NCBI RefSeq assembly: GCF_035084215.1
Contig: NW_027139264.1
Coordinates: 1-64,000, forward strand
Source of the DNA: Heptranchias perlo
Lineage: Eukaryota
Reading direction: 5' to 3'
DNA: 64,000 nucleotides
Shown here: piece by piece, positions 61,201-64,000 of the stretch
Layout: each line of letters opens with the position of its first letter
Position numbering within the stretch: the first letter of the stretch is position 1
The notes under the pieces: generated by a model
The model's database searches: none
What the model was told of the DNA's origin: nothing
Seen by the model: the letters and a program-made list of their open reading frames with translations, nothing else
Program-made: the position numbers and the translations under genes

Positions 61201-64000
61201 AGAGAGGGGATTAGGGTAAATCTAATGGTGTTCACCGAGAGAGTGGAATGGGTAAATCTATCGGTGTTTACCAGGAGAGGGGATTAGGGTAAATCTATCG
61301 GTGTTCACCAGGAGAGAGGGGATTGGGGTAAATCTATCGGTGTTCACCAGGAGAGAGGGGATTAGGGTAAATCAATCGGTGTTTACTGAGAGAGGGGATT
61401 AGGGTAAATCTATCGGTGTTCACCGAGAGAGGGGATTAGGGTAAATCTATCGGAGTTCACCGAGAGAGGGGATTAGGGTAAATCTATCGCTGTTTACCGA
61501 GAGAGGGGATTAGGGTAAATCTATCGGTGTTCACCAGGAGAGAGGGGATTAGGGTAAATCTATCGGTGTTTACCGAGAGAGGGGATTGGGGTAAATCTAT
61601 CGGTGTTTACCGAGAGAGGGGATTAGAATCTATCGGTGTTTACCGAGAGAGGGGATTAGGGTAAATCTATCGGTGTTTACCGAGAGAGGGGATTAGGGTA
61701 AATCTATCGGTGTTTACCGAGAGAGGGGATTAGGGTAAATCTATCGGTGTTTATCAGGAGAGAGGGGATTAGGGTAAATCTATCGGTGTTTACCGAGAGA
61801 GGGGATTGGGGTAAATCTATTGGTGTTTACCGAGAGAGGGGATTAGAATCTATCGGTGTTTACCGAGAGAGGGGATTAGGGTAAATCTATCGGTGTTTAC
61901 CGAGAGAGGGGATTAGGGTAAATCTATCGGTGTTTACCAGGAGAGAGGGGATTAGGGTAAATCTATCGGTGTTTACCGAGAGAGGGGATTGGGGTAAATC
62001 TATCGGTGTTTACCAGGAGAGAGGGGATTAGGGTAAATCTATCAGTGTTCACCGAGAGAGGGGGTTAGGGTAAATCTATCGGTGTTTACCGAGAGAGGGG
62101 ATTAGGGTAAATCTATCGGTGTTTACTGAGAGAGGGGATTAGGGTAAATCTATCGGTGTTTACCGAGAGAGGGGATTAGAATCTATCGGTGTTTACCGAG
62201 AGAGGGGATTCGGGTAAATCTATCGGTGTTCACCGAGAGAAGGGATTGGGGTAAATCTATCGGTGTTTACCGAGAGAGGTGATTAGGGTAAATCTATCGG
62301 TGTTTACCGAGAGAGGGGATTGGGGTAAATCTATCGGTGTTTACCGAGAGAGGGGATTAGGGTAAATCTATCGGTGTTTACCGAGAGAGGGGATTAGGGT
62401 AAATCTATCGGTGTTTACCAGGAGAGGGGATTAGGGTAAATCTATCGATGTTTACCGAGAGAGGGGATTAGGGTAAATCTATCGGTGTTTACCAGGAGAG
62501 GGGATTAGGGTAAATCTATCGGTGTTTACCGAGAGAGGGGATTAGGGTAAATCTATCGGTGTTTACCAGGAGAGAGGGGATTAGGGTAAATCTATCGGTG
62601 TTCACCGAGAGAGGGGATTAGGGTAAATCTGTCGGTGTTTACCGAGAGAGGGGATTACGGTAAATCTATCGGTGTTCACCGAGAGAGGGGATTAGGGTAA
62701 ATCTATCGGTGTTCACCAGGAGAGAGGGGATTAGGGTAAATCTATCGGTGTTTACCGAGAGAGGGGATTGGGGTAAATCTATCGGTGTTTACCGAGAGAG
62801 GGGATTGGGGTAAATCTATCGGTGTTTACCAGGAGAGAGGGTATTAGGGTAAATCTATCGGTGTTTACCGAGAGAGGGGATTCGGTTAAATCTATCGGTG
62901 TTTACCGAGAGAGGGGATTGGGGTAAATCTATCAGTGTTTACCAGGAGAGAGGGGATTGGGGTAAATCTATCGGTGTTTACCAGGAGAGAGGGGATTTGG
63001 GTCAATCTATCGGTGTTTACCGAGAGAGGGGATTAGGGTAAATCTATCAATGTTTACCGAGAGAGGGGAATGGGGTAAATCTATCAGTGTTTACCGAGAG
63101 AGGGGATTGGGGTAAATCTACCGGTGTTCACCGAGAGAGGGGATTAGGGTAAATCTATCAGTGTTTACCGAGAGAGGGGATTAGGGTAAAACTATCAGTG
63201 TTTACCGAGAGAGGGGATTAGGGTAAATCTATCGGTGTTCACCGAGAGAGGGGATTGGGGTAAATCTATCGGTGTTCACTGAGAGAGGGGATTAGGGTAA
63301 ATCTATCGGTGTTCACCGATAGAGGGGATTAGGTTAAATCTATCGGTGTTTACCGAGAGAGGGGATTAGGGTAAATCTATCGGTGTTCACCGAGAGAGGG
63401 GATTAGGGTAACTCTATCGGTGTTCACCGAGAGAGGGGATTAGGGTAAATCTATCGGTGTTCACCGAGAGAGGGGATTAGGGTAAATCTATCGGTGTTCA
63501 CCGAGAGAGGGGATTAGGGTAAATCTATCGGTGTTCACCGAGAGAGGGGATTAGGGTAAATCTATCGGTGTTTACCGAGAGAGGGGATTAGGGTAAATCT
63601 ATCAGTGTTTACCAGGAGAGGGGATTAGGGTAAATCTATCGGTGTTTACCGAGAGAGGGGATTAGGGTAAATCTATCGGTGTTTACCAGGAGAGATGGGA
63701 TTAGGGTAAATCTATCGGTGTTCACCAGGAGAGAGGGGATTGGGGTAAATCTATCGGTGTTTACCGAGAGAGGGGATTAGGGTAAATCTATCGGTGTTTA
63801 CCGAGAGAGGGGATTAGGGTAAATCGATCGGTGTTCACCCAGAGAGGGGATTGGGGTAAATCTATCGGTGTTTACCGAGAGAGGGGATTAGGTTAAATCT
63901 ATCGGTATTCACCGAGAGAGGGGATAAGGGTAAATCTATCGGTGTTCACCGAGAGAGGGGATTAGGGTGAATCTATCGGTGTTCACCGAGAGAGGGGATT
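49235..64000. repeat. 37-bp satellite (~400 units in the window, truncated at the window end) with a TTAGGG hexamer, an internal palindrome and ~3-kb higher-order repeats
   Basis: Consensus GGTAAATCTATCGGTGTT(C/T)ACCGAGAGAGGGGATTAG. Confidence 0.97.

Noticed and set aside
49235-64000. CRISPR array (37-bp palindromic repeat)
   Set aside because: Units are head-to-tail with no unique spacers, there are no cas genes, and the context is vertebrate.
49235-64000. True telomere or interstitial (TTAGGG)n tract
   Set aside because: Only one TTAGGG per 37-bp unit, never tandem hexamers.

Overview
This is vertebrate genomic DNA, almost certainly from a cartilaginous fish (shark-like), inferred from abundant CR1/L2 LINE fragments and Deu-domain SINEs. 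A unique/transposon-rich core of about 36 kb lies between two very large tandem arrays: a 57-bp array at ~1455-13135 and a 37-bp array containing TTAGGG and a hairpin at ~49235-64000. The core holds one apparently intact gene that the ORF track shows only in pieces: a five-exon MHC class I heavy-chain gene on the + strand. Its exons are leader 20569-20620, alpha1 31341-31601, alpha2 36213-36488, alpha3 39010-39282 and TM+cytoplasmic 42777-42967; all introns are GT-AG phase 1, and the CDS is 1053 nt (350 aa). The protein has lost most classical peptide-anchoring residues and the N86 glycan site, has a strongly hydrophobic predicted groove with an extra floor cysteine, and has a tail encoded by a minisatellite. 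It is therefore a divergent nonclassical class I and a candidate lipid/hydrophobic-ligand presenter. Its upstream region is duplicated into its own intron 1 without the leader exon. A disabled B30.2 (PRY-SPRY, TRIM/butyrophilin-type) exon lies downstream on the - strand. The rest is LINE, SINE and Harbinger debris plus minisatellites, several of which visibly grew from transposon segments or splice-site-like sequence. All long repeat-derived ORFs are judged spurious. No database searches were run; family assignments come from recalled motifs and manual alignment.
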